The position numbers were made by a program, and so were the translations under genes. A DNA stretch of 64,000 nt, taken from the NCBI GenBank assembly GCA_000092065.1, contig CP000600.1; one strand, given 5' to 3'. Positions within the stretch are counted from its first letter, which is position 1. Each line of letters opens with the position of its first letter. This DNA comes from Ostreococcus lucimarinus. Taxonomy: Eukaryota. The notes below the pieces were generated by a model that was not told the origin of the DNA, did no database searches, and saw only the letters and a program-made list of their open reading frames with translations. Below, piece after piece: positions 30,182-40,934 of the stretch.

Positions 30182-31610
30182 ATGTCCGTGCCCGTGTCCA
30201 CGGGATGCGAGGTGAACGTCGCGCCGCGAGAGTATAAATCGGGCGAGATGCAGGCCGGTCTGAGCGACGGTGATCGCGCGCGTAAGGTGGCGTTCATCAC
30301 GGGCGTCACGGGGCAGGATGGGAGCTATCTCGTCGAGCTGTTGCTGTCGAAAGGTGCGAATGGCGCGATGGATAGATCGACCCGGAAAAGTTCCCGCATT
30401 CGCGCGTCGCGCGCGCGCGTCGGGGCGCGGATGGACGCGCGGGGGGGAGAGAACGATGGGAAAGTTTATTATGTCGAAACGTGCGCGCGCGGAGGGCGCG
30501 AAACGCGCGGAGGACGACGTCGTGAGGGAAAGATTATGGGAATTCCGGAAAGACGGCCGCGGTTGAGGTTGAGCGCGCGCGCGAACGGCGACTGACGGTT
30601 TTTAATGTTGCTTGGCGACGCGCGCAGGGTACACGGTGCACGGGATCAAGCGACGATCGTCTTCGTACAACCACCCGCGATTGGAACACATCATGGAGCC
30701 CGGATACCCGAACGGGCAGAATTTCTTCTTGCACTACGGCGACTTGACGGATTTGCACGCCCTCGTGGCGATCTGCCGCGACGTGAGACCGACGGAGGTG
30801 TATAACCTCGCCGCGCAGTCTCACGTGCAAGTGTCGTTCCAAATGCCGATGTACACCGCCGAAGTTGACGGCGTCGGGACGTTGAACTTGCTCGAAGCGA
30901 TTCGCTTGTCCGGGCAAGAGAAGACGGCGCGATTCTACCAAGCGTCCACGTCTGAGCTGTACGGCAAAGTGCAAGAGATCCCGCAGTCGGAGAAGACGCC
31001 GTTTTACCCGCGATCTCCTTACGCGGTGGCAAAAATGATGGCTTTCTGGGCCGTGGTGAACTACCGCGAGTCGTATGACATGTACGCGTGCAATGGAATT
31101 CTGTTCAACCACGAGTCGCCCCGCCGAGGGGAAACCTTCGTGACGCGCAAGATCACCCTCGCCGTGGCGAACATCAAGGCGGGCAAGCAAGAATGCTTGT
31201 ACCTCGGTAACATGGACGCCAAGCGTGATTGGGGCCACGCGCGCGACTACGTCGAGTGCATGTGGAAGATGCTTCAACAAGACACTCCGGAAGACTTCGT
31301 CGTCGCCACCGGGGAAACTAACACGGTGCGACACTTCGTCGACCGCGCGTTCGACGTCGCGGGCATGAAGCTCAAGTTCGAGGGTGAGGGCGTCGACGAA
31401 GTCGGTATCGAAATCGCCACCGGCCGCACTCTCGTTCGCGTGCACGAACGCTACTTCCGCCCCGCGGAGGTCGATCTTCTCATCGGTGATCCGTCCAAAG
31501 CGTTGAACAAGCTGAAGTGGAACCCGCGCACGACGTCGCTCGAGGAGCTCATCAAGGAGATGGTCGAGGCCGACATCGCGCGCATCGAAAACCCGGGCTT
31601 GCGATTCTAG
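30182..31610 (+). CDS. GMD: GDP-mannose 4,6-dehydratase (GMD). Two exons: join(30182..30353,30628..31610).
   Basis: Exon 1 ...[25 protein letters not shown]| ends at a GTGCGA donor. A 274-nt intron has CTGAC branch and CAG acceptor. Exon 2 begins |[22 protein letters not shown], matching GMD colinearly; ORF 30612..31610 supplies the rest. The start could also be M23 at 30248. Confidence 0.85.
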
Positions 31611-31716
31611 GCTGTGCTAGTTTTGCACGTAATTAAAGAAATATTTTATAGACGAGACGGTTGTAATGACGCACGAGGTACACGTTTGAGATGCATTTGA
31701 TGCGATGTGAAAAATA

Positions 31717-33540
31717 TTACACGACTGCCGACGTGAAGGCGGTGAGCCAAAATGTGACGGGAATGATGGCAAAGACGTATTGGCGCAACATCAATGCCGC
31801 TAAGCGAGTCGCCAACGGACGCGTCGCATCTCGCAACTGCGTCAATAGCACGAGGTTCTGCGCCGCAGGCATGCACGACATGGTGAGAAGCACCAACGCC
31901 GCCGAGCGATCGCTCGGAAACCACGGCGAGTTGAGCGCTCGTAGGAAAAGTAATCCGAACAAGCACGCGCCAGGAAGAAACACGAAACGAACTAAACACG
32001 CGGAGACTAAGGCGAGCATGTCTGGCGAATCCAAACGAGTGAGATAGTTCCAACCCGCGCGAATCTTCCGCAAGGGGCGCATGACGAGCGCGAACGCTCC
32101 AGCGAACGATCCAAAGAAGACGTCCAAAACGGTGACGAACAAACTCTTCTTCTTCCTCTTCTTCGCATTCTCCTCCATTTCGTCGTCGTCGACGGGTACG
32201 CTGCGCTCTTTCGCTTTTTTAGCGCGCGCGATTCTCTTCTCGACGTCTTCGGGAGTAATCTTCACCAAACTCGACGCCAAGACGAGCATCTGTCCTGGGA
32301 GCGCCGCGGCACCGATGCTCGCCGCGAGCTCGAACAGCGCTCGGAAGATGACGGATATGAACGTCAATACCGCGGGAAACTCTGTCGTGGCATCCGCAAA
32401 GTTACCGACGAAGATTTCCTTCAAAGGCGTGGCGCCGATGAGAACACCCGCGATGATGCCCAGCAGCGGCGGGTTCAACAATTCTTTGCCGATGCGCGCC
32501 ATCGTCGCCTTTGCGGTCAAAAATGCATCACGCAACGCGTCCTTCTTCTCGCCATCTTTGCTCAAACCCGCCACCGCGACGGGTCCAGCGATTAACAAGA
32601 AACCGACCGTCCAAAGCACTGGCGTCCAACCGATGAGATAGAGAGCGATGTATCCCGCCGTTTCGTCCGCGCGCGCGCGGCCAAGGACTTCCGTCAAAAA
32701 TACCAGAGGAAGTGTGAACGTGTTCCCGAAAGAGCACGCGGCGATGCCTAGGCGCGACATGTCTCTCTTCTCTCGCTCGAGCTTAATCTCCTCTTCCTCG
32801 TCCAAGTCTTCTTCTTCCCGCGTGTGCGACGACGCGTACGCGTGAAAGCGGTTGACGAAGTACGTGACGCCGACGCCGATGATGGATCCAAATATGACTT
32901 GTGCCATCGCACTTATCGGTAAGATGGCCAACGCTTTGGTGAGAGGAGACAAATACAGCGTCGCCGCGACGCGCGTGCACAGATACGCGGGCAGCATGAC
33001 GTTGAACGCGAGCTTGGAGACGACGACGGGCGTCTCGAGCGGAAGCTTACCCTCGCGCATCAAACCCGTGATCACGGCGCACAACGCGACGACTTTAAAC
33101 GTCGCCGTCGACGTCGCGCGCATGATCCGTAAATCCAATCCAACGTTCGACGTCAACGCCTCGTACGCCGACACCGCGGTGTCCAAAGGTTCGAAATACG
33201 AGCACAACCATCCGACGAATTTAGGATACGCCGCGAGAAAGACAAAAATCGCGCCGAGCATAAACAAGCTCCGCGTCCACGTCGTCGCGCGCGTGTCCGT
33301 CTCCGCCCCGAACACTCGTCTCGACACTTTATTCCGCTCGCTCTTCTCCTCGCGCTCTCGAGCCTCCATCTCTTCCTCCGTCTCGTCGTCGTCGTCCGTC
33401 GAAGGCTCGCGTTCCGCCGTCTCCGCCGTCTCCGCCTCCTCGCTCTCCTCGCGCATCGCCGCCGCCGCCGCCGCCGCCGCGTCCATCGCGTTGGCAGAGG
33501 CGTCGCCTCGCGTCGTCTCTCTCGCGTCGCCGTCGTCCAT
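31717..33540 (-). CDS. Auxin-efflux-carrier family (PILS/Mem_trans-like) membrane transporter with a long acidic central loop
   Basis: ORF 31717..33960 (-). Two blocks of about 5 TM helices flank an acidic loop (EEEDLDEEEEIKLEREKRD), as in Mem_trans carriers. The start is set arbitrarily at M141 (33540); the upstream ORF is low-complexity read-through. Confidence 0.55.
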   Translation of the reverse strand: MDDGDARETTRGDASANAMDAAAAAAAAMREESEEAETAETAEREPSTDDDDETEEEMEAREREEKSERNKVSRRVFGAETDTRATTWTRSLFMLGAIFVFLAAYPKFVGWLCSYFEPLDTAVSAYEALTSNVGLDLRIMRATSTATFKVVALCAVITGLMREGKLPLETPVVVSKLAFNVMLPAYLCTRVAATLYLSPLTKALAILPISAMAQVIFGSIIGVGVTYFVNRFHAYASSHTREEEDLDEEEEIKLEREKRDMSRLGIAACSFGNTFTLPLVFLTEVLGRARADETAGYIALYLIGWTPVLWTVGFLLIAGPVAVAGLSKDGEKKDALRDAFLTAKATMARIGKELLNPPLLGIIAGVLIGATPLKEIFVGNFADATTEFPAVLTFISVIFRALFELAASIGAAALPGQMLVLASSLVKITPEDVEKRIARAKKAKERSVPVDDDEMEENAKKRKKKSLFVTVLDVFFGSFAGAFALVMRPLRKIRAGWNYLTRLDSPDMLALVSACLVRFVFLPGACLFGLLFLRALNSPWFPSDRSAALVLLTMSCMPAAQNLVLLTQLRDATRPLATRLAALMLRQYVFAIIPVTFWLTAFTSAVV

Positions 33541-34060
33541 CGCCCTCGCGACCCATCCTCGCGTCTCCGCGCGCGTCCCGAACCCGTCCCGCGCGCGCGT
33601 CCCCACCCCTCGCGCCCCCCTTGCGCGCGCCCGCGCCGCGCCCGCCGTCCCGCGCGCCCCTGGCGCGTCCCGCGCGCGCTTTCGCGCGCCTCCCGCGCGC
33701 GCGATCGCGCGCGCGCGCGTCCGCGCCGTCGTCGTCGCGCGCATCGCCCGCGTCCGTCCCGTTCGCGCGTCCTTTTTCGCGCCGCGCGCGCGTCGCGCGT
33801 CCGCTCGACCCGCGCGGCGCTTCGCGCGCGGTCGCCGGTCCGTCGCGCGCGCGCGCTCGCTCGCGCGCCGCCGTGCGGTCGACGCGCGCGCGAATCCGCG
33901 TCGAGGGACGCGTCGGGACGCGTCTTCGTATGGGTAAACAGTCAGACGACGACGACGCACACAACAATCGTCTTATCCGATGCGTCGCGTCGTCGCTCGA
34001 CGCGCCGCCGACGCCGGCGACACACGGCGACGCGCGACGACGACGACGCCGACGACGACG

Positions 34061-34741
34061 ATGCGCGCGCTCGCGGTGCGCGCGACGCCGACGGCGCGTC
34101 GAGCGACGACGCGACGCGCGAACGATAACGAAGGTGGCGCGCGACGTCGGCATGGCGACGGACGACGCGCGACGACGACGCGCGCGCGCGCGAACGAACG
34201 CGCGGAGGCGATGACGATCGCGGACAGGGCGCGCGCGATCGCGATCACGGCGATGACGACGGTGAGCGCGGCGGGCGCGGCGCGGGCGGACGCGCAAGAG
34301 GTGCAGGATTATCTCTTGGCGTTTTGGAAGTTTCGCACGGCGGACACGACGAGCTTTTTGTTGTACACGGTGGCGCCGATCATGGTGCCGTACGCGGTGT
34401 TCGCGGTGCTGATCAAGCGAAAGACGGAGGCGCAGCTGGAAAAGTTGGAGGGCGGGGGTTGGATCGCGTTCATGGCGGAGCGGGGACTGGACGCGAAGAC
34501 GCTCGAGCTGCCGCAGTTGAACGCGTTTTGCAAGGCGGCGGACGCGGGGGTGCTGGATGACGCCATGGTGACGGAGTTCGTTCGTAAGCTGAAGTTGAGC
34601 GAACAGTGGAAGAAGAGCACGATCGCGATCGATGACACTCGCGCGGAGGAAGCGAAGAAGCGCGCGCGCGCGGAGGCTATTCTGGAGGCGAAGCGCGCGC
34701 GAGGCGACTTTGAAAAGTCCAAGGAAGAATCCTCCGTGTAG
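34061..34741 (+). CDS. Hypothetical single-pass membrane protein with a targeting-peptide-like N-terminus
   Basis: ORF 33980..34741 (+). One TM helix (SFLLYTVAPIMVPYAVFAVLI) and a KR-rich C-terminus. The start (M28) is uncertain. Confidence 0.35.
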   Translation: MRALAVRATPTARRATTRRANDNEGGARRRHGDGRRATTTRARANERAEAMTIADRARAIAITAMTTVSAAGAARADAQEVQDYLLAFWKFRTADTTSFLLYTVAPIMVPYAVFAVLIKRKTEAQLEKLEGGGWIAFMAERGLDAKTLELPQLNAFCKAADAGVLDDAMVTEFVRKLKLSEQWKKSTIAIDDTRAEEAKKRARAEAILEAKRARGDFEKSKEESSV

Positions 34742-34861
34742 TCACGACGCCGCGAGTTTGCGCGCGCGCGACGCGGAGGCGTCGAAACGCGCCTGCGCTC
34801 ATCCTTTCGTCATTACGGATTTAATACACGACAAACCTTAAAGATCAATCAACGCTACAAA

Positions 34862-36790
34862 TCACAAATCGCCGTTCAGTCGAGCCGCCTCGACTTCCTT
34901 ACGAATCGTCGCCGGCGTCCACGGCTCGTAGCCCGGTCGCGTCTCGCCGGACACGAGCGCGCGCGCGCGCGCCATGTCTTGCCCGTAACCTAACTTTCGC
35001 AGCGCTTCCATAGTTTCGTTGTGGGACGAGCTTCTGGCTTCTGGCGTGAACGACATCTTTTGCCGCCGATAGCTCCATATGCCGACGCCGAGGGCGATCA
35101 TCACCGCCAGCGGCTGAAACCAAGGATTTTCGCCGAGTAAACTGGCCGGGGCGGCGACGTACATCGCACTTTCGTACACAAACACTGCACCTTCGTCGGG
35201 GTGGCTGATGACTATTTGGCTTTCGCCGTCGGACGCGATCACCGGCGCGTACTCGCCCGCCGTCGTCGGCGTCACGCCTTCGTCCGCAAGCTGCCAACGA
35301 TTGCTCGAGTGCAGCACGCGCTTAGCTATCTTCGTGTTGGTGATGTTTAAAATCTCCAATCCAGCATTCATGGCGACGACGACATAGCCTCTGAGGGCGG
35401 CGATCGTGGTGACGGATACTCGAGACTCGTGTGTCTCTGCGCCGCTGTAAATAACACACCCGGTCCTCGGCCCATCCAGGGCGACGAAACCCGAGATCAC
35501 GTGACCTTCGGTCGTGATACCCGTCAATCTCGAGCTCATTCGTGGATCAAACGTGGCGCTGGCGATGTCGTAGCGCATTAAACCATCGCACGCATACGAT
35601 TTGGTCGTAAACGCGTTGATGTCGGCGTACGCGACGCCTCGTCGAGTGAGCGCGACGACGGCTTTGTTGTACGGACGAAACGCGAAAACCTTGGAACCGG
35701 CGGAGAACACGCCGTGGACGTTCGCAAAATTACCCAGCGAGGGCAGGAAAACGACGACGCGACCGTCAGTGTCCGCCGCCGTGACGTATCGCTTACCCAT
35801 GATGCGATACATTCCCAACGCCTCGACCGGAAAGCTCTCCTCCACGTGTTCTAACGCCCCAGACGACGATGACGACGCCCGAGACGTTTTACCGAGCTCC
35901 CGAAGTTTCACTCTATACTTCGCATTCGCTTCCCGCACCGTCATCGCGGCGAGTGAAGACGCTCGCAAGGTGTAATCTGTTGGAAACGCGTCCGCGTCCG
36001 GGCCGACGTTTTCGACGACTTCTTGTTCAATCTTCGTGAACGCAACCGTGCCGTCGTCGTGCCCGGTGACCAACACCGTTGTGTTCAGAGCCAATAAATA
36101 CGCCGTCATCGATCGCACGCTCGCCGAGGTGTTCGTCTGTACTTCGCACTCGGCGTCGCCCGTCTCAGTTCTCCGCACCACGATTCGCCCGAATTCGTCG
36201 CCCGTTGCGTAATATCTCGCCTTACGCGCCTTCCCGTTTCTAAAAGGGAGCACGTGCACCGCAGTCACCTTGGTACTCACCCGCGCCGCGGACACACGAT
36301 CGAACGCGTCTGAAAACGTCTTCGAGCGTTTCGATTCCCCCGCGAGCGCCGCGCGCACGTGTTCCTCCGCCGCGCGACGTATTTCCTCCAGCGTCAATTC
36401 GCCCGACACGGGCATCGAGCTCGACGCCACGCGCTTCGAATCACCGTCGAAACTCATCTCGTCGTCCTTCGTCGGACCTCCGGCGTCGCATCGCGTCTCG
36501 TCCGTCGCCGCGACGCCCGGCGTCTTCACCAATCCGCCCATCCTCTTCAACGCCCGCTCCGCGCCGTGCACCGCCTTCCCGAGCGCCGTCGACGCCTCTT
36601 TCGCCTCTTGAAGCGCATGTCGCAGCGTCGAGAGTTCATCGCGAAGCGCGCGCGCGGCGGCGTCGGCGTCTTTCGCCGAGGTGCTTTCGCAACGACTCGA
36701 CCAACACGCGAGCGCGAGCGCGACGCACGCGACGAAGCGAGACGACGCGCGCGCGAACGGGCGTCGACGGCGCATTCTCTCTCGCGGCAT
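34862..36790 (-). CDS. Type I membrane protein: signal peptide, large possibly beta-propeller-like ectodomain, a C-terminal TM and a short cytosolic tail. Function unknown.
   Basis: ORF 34862..36790 (-). N-terminal hydrophobic signal (FVACVALALACWSS) and a C-terminal TM (PLAVMIALGVGIWSY). Confidence 0.5.
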   Translation of the reverse strand: MPRERMRRRRPFARASSRFVACVALALACWSSRCESTSAKDADAAARALRDELSTLRHALQEAKEASTALGKAVHGAERALKRMGGLVKTPGVAATDETRCDAGGPTKDDEMSFDGDSKRVASSSMPVSGELTLEEIRRAAEEHVRAALAGESKRSKTFSDAFDRVSAARVSTKVTAVHVLPFRNGKARKARYYATGDEFGRIVVRRTETGDAECEVQTNTSASVRSMTAYLLALNTTVLVTGHDDGTVAFTKIEQEVVENVGPDADAFPTDYTLRASSLAAMTVREANAKYRVKLRELGKTSRASSSSSGALEHVEESFPVEALGMYRIMGKRYVTAADTDGRVVVFLPSLGNFANVHGVFSAGSKVFAFRPYNKAVVALTRRGVAYADINAFTTKSYACDGLMRYDIASATFDPRMSSRLTGITTEGHVISGFVALDGPRTGCVIYSGAETHESRVSVTTIAALRGYVVVAMNAGLEILNITNTKIAKRVLHSSNRWQLADEGVTPTTAGEYAPVIASDGESQIVISHPDEGAVFVYESAMYVAAPASLLGENPWFQPLAVMIALGVGIWSYRRQKMSFTPEARSSSHNETMEALRKLGYGQDMARARALVSGETRPGYEPWTPATIRKEVEAARLNGDL

Positions 36791-37004
36791 CGACGCGATC
36801 GCGCGCGCGCGATGCGACGGCGGTCGAGCGACGGGCGCGCGTCGCGTCGTCGTGTGGCGCGAGTCGACGAAACCGACGCGAAGGCGAAGCGCGCGCGCGG
36901 CGACGAGCTTGACATTCGATTCGAGAGCATAATTTTAAACGTTTAGCGCGCGTGAACGCGCGAGGCGCTCTGGGAAGACGCGGTCGAGCGAAAGAGCGAA
37001 TTCC

Positions 37005-37519
37005 TCACGACGCGCCGCCGCCTTCGCGTTGCTCTCGATCCAACGCCTCGGGAACCCAAACCTGGCTCAGTAACCTGAACGACGGCCCGTATTGCAATCC
37101 AGCCTTGAGCATGCCTTGATACAGCACCGTCGGGTCTCTCGGCACCGTGCACCGCGCGCGCATGATGTCGCTCGAGTTCATGTCGTAATTCGAGTCTTGC
37201 TCGGCTTGGTGTCGCGCCTGCGATTCGCGCGAGACGCGCAAAGTCAGTCAGTCCCCGAACGCCCGCGCGCGTCCGAATCACGCACGATCGCCACCAGCTT
37301 TTTCAACGCCTCCTGCATCGCGCCCGTGTCCTCGCCCAGGAGCGCCTTCGCCAGCGCCTCGTCGCGCTCGATGTCCTTCAGCTTTTCCTGGTCCTCGAGC
37401 AGCGCCTCTCGAAACGCCACCGGGTCTTTCGCCGTGTCGTCCTCGTTCAGCGCGTACGGCCCCTCGCCCAGGCCGTATCGCGGTTTTTCGCCCTCCTCGC
37501 GCGCTCGCTCGCTCGCCAT
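37005..37519 (-). CDS. Hypothetical small protein (~148 aa). Two exons: complement join(37286..37519,37005..37217).
   Basis: ORFs 37244..37519 and 37005..37241 (-) are joined by a 68-nt intron with a GTGCGT donor, a doubled CTGAC branch motif and a CAG acceptor. The product is ...ALKKLVAI|ARHQAEQDSNYDMNSSDIMRARCTVPRDPTVLYQGMLKAGLQYGPSFRLL.... No family recognised. Confidence 0.4.
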
Positions 37520-37630
37520 GGCGCGCGCGCGTCGCTCAGTGCCGCGCGTCGCCGCCGCGCGCGGTCTCGAAACGCCTAAAAAACGCCTCCCCTATGCGCA
37601 AACAGTCACGCGGTCGTCACTTCGCGCGCG

Positions 37631-38155
37631 ATGGCGCCCCCGAGCAAGGCGTGCGCGACGCGGCTCACGCGCGAGCTCAGGCAGTTCCGCGCCGCGCCGC
37701 CGCCGCTCGCGCCCAGGGTGCACGTCGACGACGGCGACCTCCTCGAGTGGTTCGTCCTGATCCAGGGCGCGCACGACACGCCGTACGAGCGCGGTTGGTA
37801 CGTGATGAAGATTAAGTTCAAGCCGACGTATCCGTTCGCGGCGCCCGCTGTGAGCGTTCTGACGCCGAACGGACGGTTCGCGGAGAATCAGTCGATATGC
37901 ATGTCGATGACGGAGTGGCATCAGGAGAGCTGGAACCCGGCGTGGTCGTCGCAGGCGATCGTGACGGGATTCATCAGTTTCATGAGCGCAAACGAGCACA
38001 CGAGCGGAGGGGTGCGGACGACGGACGAGGAGAAGAAGCGATTGGCGGCGGCGTCGCTGGCGTGGAACGCGGCGCAGCCAGGATTGGTGAAGAAGTTTCC
38101 AGAGCTGGCGGACGCGGAAGCGATGAAGGCGTTGGAGACGGCGAAGCCGAGGTGA
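37631..38155 (+). CDS. Ubiquitin-conjugating enzyme E2, UBE2J2/UBC6-like (non-canonical UBC fold); no C-terminal membrane anchor visible
   Basis: ORF 37631..38155 (+). LEWFVLIQGAHDTPYERGWYVMKIKFKPTYPFAAPAVSVLTPNGRF...ICMSMTEWHQESWNPAWS parallels UBE2J2. Confidence 0.7.
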   Translation: MAPPSKACATRLTRELRQFRAAPPPLAPRVHVDDGDLLEWFVLIQGAHDTPYERGWYVMKIKFKPTYPFAAPAVSVLTPNGRFAENQSICMSMTEWHQESWNPAWSSQAIVTGFISFMSANEHTSGGVRTTDEEKKRLAAASLAWNAAQPGLVKKFPELADAEAMKALETAKPR

Positions 38156-38262
38156 CGACGCGAGGCGAGACGCGCGAGACGCGCGGACGACGATACGATA
38201 GCCAAGTAGTGAACACGCAAACAATACAGGATGGTACAGTACATTAAACAAACAAATCCTAT

Positions 38263-39699
38263 CTACGATATGAAGTCGCGTAAGACGTCGATGAACGCCT
38301 CTGGGCTTTCTTCGTGCGGCATGTGTCCACATTTAGGAAGGATGCGAAGCTCGCAGTTTAATAACTTGGCGAGCGTTCGCGAATTACTCGCGGGAACGAT
38401 GACGTCGTTCTCGCCGTGGACGATCAGAATCTTCGCACCGCTCTCGACGAGGGCGTTTACGGCGTCTTCGCGCTCTAACGTCGAGGGCTGCGTCGTCGCG
38501 CGAGCGCGCGCCATGGCGTCTCGCCAAATTTCGCGCGGCGAACTCGCGGCGACGACGGAGGCTAAGACGACGCGAAACATCCCTACGTCCCAGTCTCGCA
38601 CGACGGATGGTTTGCGATACCCATCGATCCAGTCGCTCGCCATCGCGTCGACTCGCGAAGGATCTATCGCGGCGCGCAAACCTTTCGTCCAAAACTCTTT
38701 GCTGCGCACGAGCTTGCGCAAGAGGAGGATGAGAAACGGCTTCACGGCGCACGTCAGGCACCACGCCGCCGTCGCCGCAGCCGCCCCGACGGCGGCGAAC
38801 GCGACGCGCACGAACGTCGGGAGCGAAAGAGCGGCGTCATCGCCGGCGTCGTTCTTCCTGAGCTTGCCGCCGATTATCGCCGGCGCGACGAGAACGACGT
38901 AGTCCACTCCACCCTGCGCCGCGGCGAGCGCCGCGCCGACGGCGCCTAAACTGTGACCCATCAGCGTGAGCGAACGAGCCGCGGCGTCGCCGCCGACCTC
39001 GCGCGCGATCGCTCGACACGCTTTCGCGTCGCTCGCGCGCGTGTACTTTTTCACGTCCCTCGGCCGCGCCGTCAATCCGAACCCGCACGAATCGTGCGCG
39101 ACGACTTCGGCGTCCAGCGCCTCGCTCGCGCGTCGCATCGTATCGCTCGTCGTCCACGACGACGCGTTCGCCCCGAATCCGTGCATGCACTCGATGAAAC
39201 GCTTCGCGTTCGCCCGTCTTGCGCGCTTATAGTGCACCTCCACGCCGTCGACGTCCAAAAACTCACCATCCGCGTCCGCCGCCTCTCGCGGCGACACGAG
39301 CGCCTCGGCGTACCGCCGCTCGACGAACACCGCGCGCGCGACCGCGTACGCCGCGATCGCGACCGCGACCGTCGCGAGCGGCGGCGTCGCCGCGCGCGCC
39401 GCGCTCGCCGCCGCGCCCGCCGCCGCCGCCGCCGCGCACGCGCACGCGCGCTCCGCCCTCGTGAGCTCGGGCGTCGCGTCCGAGTCCAAGTCGCGCGGCG
39501 CCGTCGTCGCGCCCGCGCGCGCGCGCGTCTCGCGCGTCTCGCGCGTCGCGCGCGGCGTCGAATTCGCGAAACGAAAAATCTGCGCGCGCGTCGACGTTCG
39601 CGTCGCCGCCGCCCGCGTCGTCGCGCGCGCGCGCGTCCGCGCGCGCGTCGTCGCCGCGACGCGCGTCCATCGCGCGCGCGCGCTTCGCGCGGCGTCCAT
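38263..39699 (-). CDS. Alpha/beta-hydrolase fold protein (GHSLG nucleophile elbow, HGFGA oxyanion motif) with an N-terminal hydrophobic anchor
   Basis: ORF 38263..40011 (-). The start is trimmed to M105 (complement 39697..39699) so that it does not overlap the divergent HAD gene; the true start is uncertain. Confidence 0.6.
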   Translation of the reverse strand: MDAARSARARWTRVAATTRARTRARATTRAAATRTSTRAQIFRFANSTPRATRETRETRARAGATTAPRDLDSDATPELTRAERACACAAAAAAGAAASAARAATPPLATVAVAIAAYAVARAVFVERRYAEALVSPREAADADGEFLDVDGVEVHYKRARRANAKRFIECMHGFGANASSWTTSDTMRRASEALDAEVVAHDSCGFGLTARPRDVKKYTRASDAKACRAIAREVGGDAAARSLTLMGHSLGAVGAALAAAQGGVDYVVLVAPAIIGGKLRKNDAGDDAALSLPTFVRVAFAAVGAAAATAAWCLTCAVKPFLILLLRKLVRSKEFWTKGLRAAIDPSRVDAMASDWIDGYRKPSVVRDWDVGMFRVVLASVVAASSPREIWRDAMARARATTQPSTLEREDAVNALVESGAKILIVHGENDVIVPASNSRTLAKLLNCELRILPKCGHMPHEESPEAFIDVLRDFIS

Positions 39700-39739
39700 C
39701 GCGCGCGCGCGACGCGCTCTGCCGCACTCGACGACGCGC

Positions 39740-40732
39740 ATGGCGACCGCTCGAATCGCGCGCGTCGCGCCCGCGCGCGCCGACGCGCGCGCGAGGCGCG
39801 CGCGAGGCGCGCGCGCGTCGTCGACCGCGCCGTCGACGCCCGCGCGCGCGACGCGCCGACGCGCCGAGGCGCCGAGGCGCGACGAGAGGCTCGAGGTCAT
39901 CACGTTTGACCTCGACGACACGCTCTGGCCGACGACGCCCGTGGTGAACGCGGCGAACGAGGCGCTGATCGAGTGGTGCTCGGCGCGATTGGGAGGGCGG
40001 TTCCCGCGCACGGCGCGCGTGCACGCGACGATGAAACGGATCCGCGAGCAGCGGGAGTGCGAGGCGGCGGCGCGAGGGACGACGGCGGAACCGATGTCGT
40101 ACGCGGCGATACGAATCGCGGGAGCGACGCGGGCGGCGATCGAGTGCGGGATACCGGAGAGCGATGCGGTGGCGACGGTGGCGCGGGGGTATCACCTGGC
40201 GTGGATACCGATGCGGAACGCGATGGCGCGGGAGTTGGTGTATCCGGGCGCGGCGGAGGCGCTGCGAGCGATTCGCGAGCGCCATCCGGGGGTGGCCGTG
40301 GGATCGATCACGAATGGATTCGGCAGCGCCGCGGGCGCGGGGTTGGGAGAGTTTTTTGATTTTGAAATCTCCGCCGAGGCGCTGATCGATGAACACATGG
40401 TGCACGGAGAGATGGCGAGGAAGCCGAACGCGTACCCGTTTCAGCTCGCGATGGGCATCGCGATCGCGGATCATGGGTATTCGGGCGACGCCGATTCGTG
40501 GACGCACGTCGGCGACGATGTTCTGAACGATTGTTACTGCGCGAAACAGTTCGACTTCAAGACGGTGCACGTGTGCGATCCGACGACGAAACCGTACGAG
40601 AGCGGAGGGGGGGCGCCTTACGCGGAAAAGTCGCTTCGAGGAGGGGTCGAGGCGAACAGCGACGCGGTCGTGGACGGCGTCATCTCGCACGTGCGCGAAC
40701 TCCCCGAGCTCCTCGATCGATGGTACGTGTAG
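39740..40732 (+). CDS. HAD-superfamily hydrolase with transit-peptide-like N-terminus
   Basis: ORF 39461..40732 (+), trimmed to M94 (MATARIARV...). HAD motif I VITFDLDDTLWP is present. Confidence 0.6.
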   Translation: MATARIARVAPARADARARRARGARASSTAPSTPARATRRRAEAPRRDERLEVITFDLDDTLWPTTPVVNAANEALIEWCSARLGGRFPRTARVHATMKRIREQRECEAAARGTTAEPMSYAAIRIAGATRAAIECGIPESDAVATVARGYHLAWIPMRNAMARELVYPGAAEALRAIRERHPGVAVGSITNGFGSAAGAGLGEFFDFEISAEALIDEHMVHGEMARKPNAYPFQLAMGIAIADHGYSGDADSWTHVGDDVLNDCYCAKQFDFKTVHVCDPTTKPYESGGGAPYAEKSLRGGVEANSDAVVDGVISHVRELPELLDRWYV

Positions 40733-40934
40733 TCGTCGCTCGAGATTGATTCTTTATGTAAAACATGCAAGCATTTATATTTTTGTCGTCCGGTAAAAAG
40801 TCGTTACAAGTCGATTTCTATTCGTTCACGCCGTCGCGTTCGCGTCGTCTCCTCGACGCGAATACAAACAGTCCTCCGCTCAACCCCTCGAGAACGAACA
40901 AGACACACGCCCAGTAACGGCGTACGCGATACAA

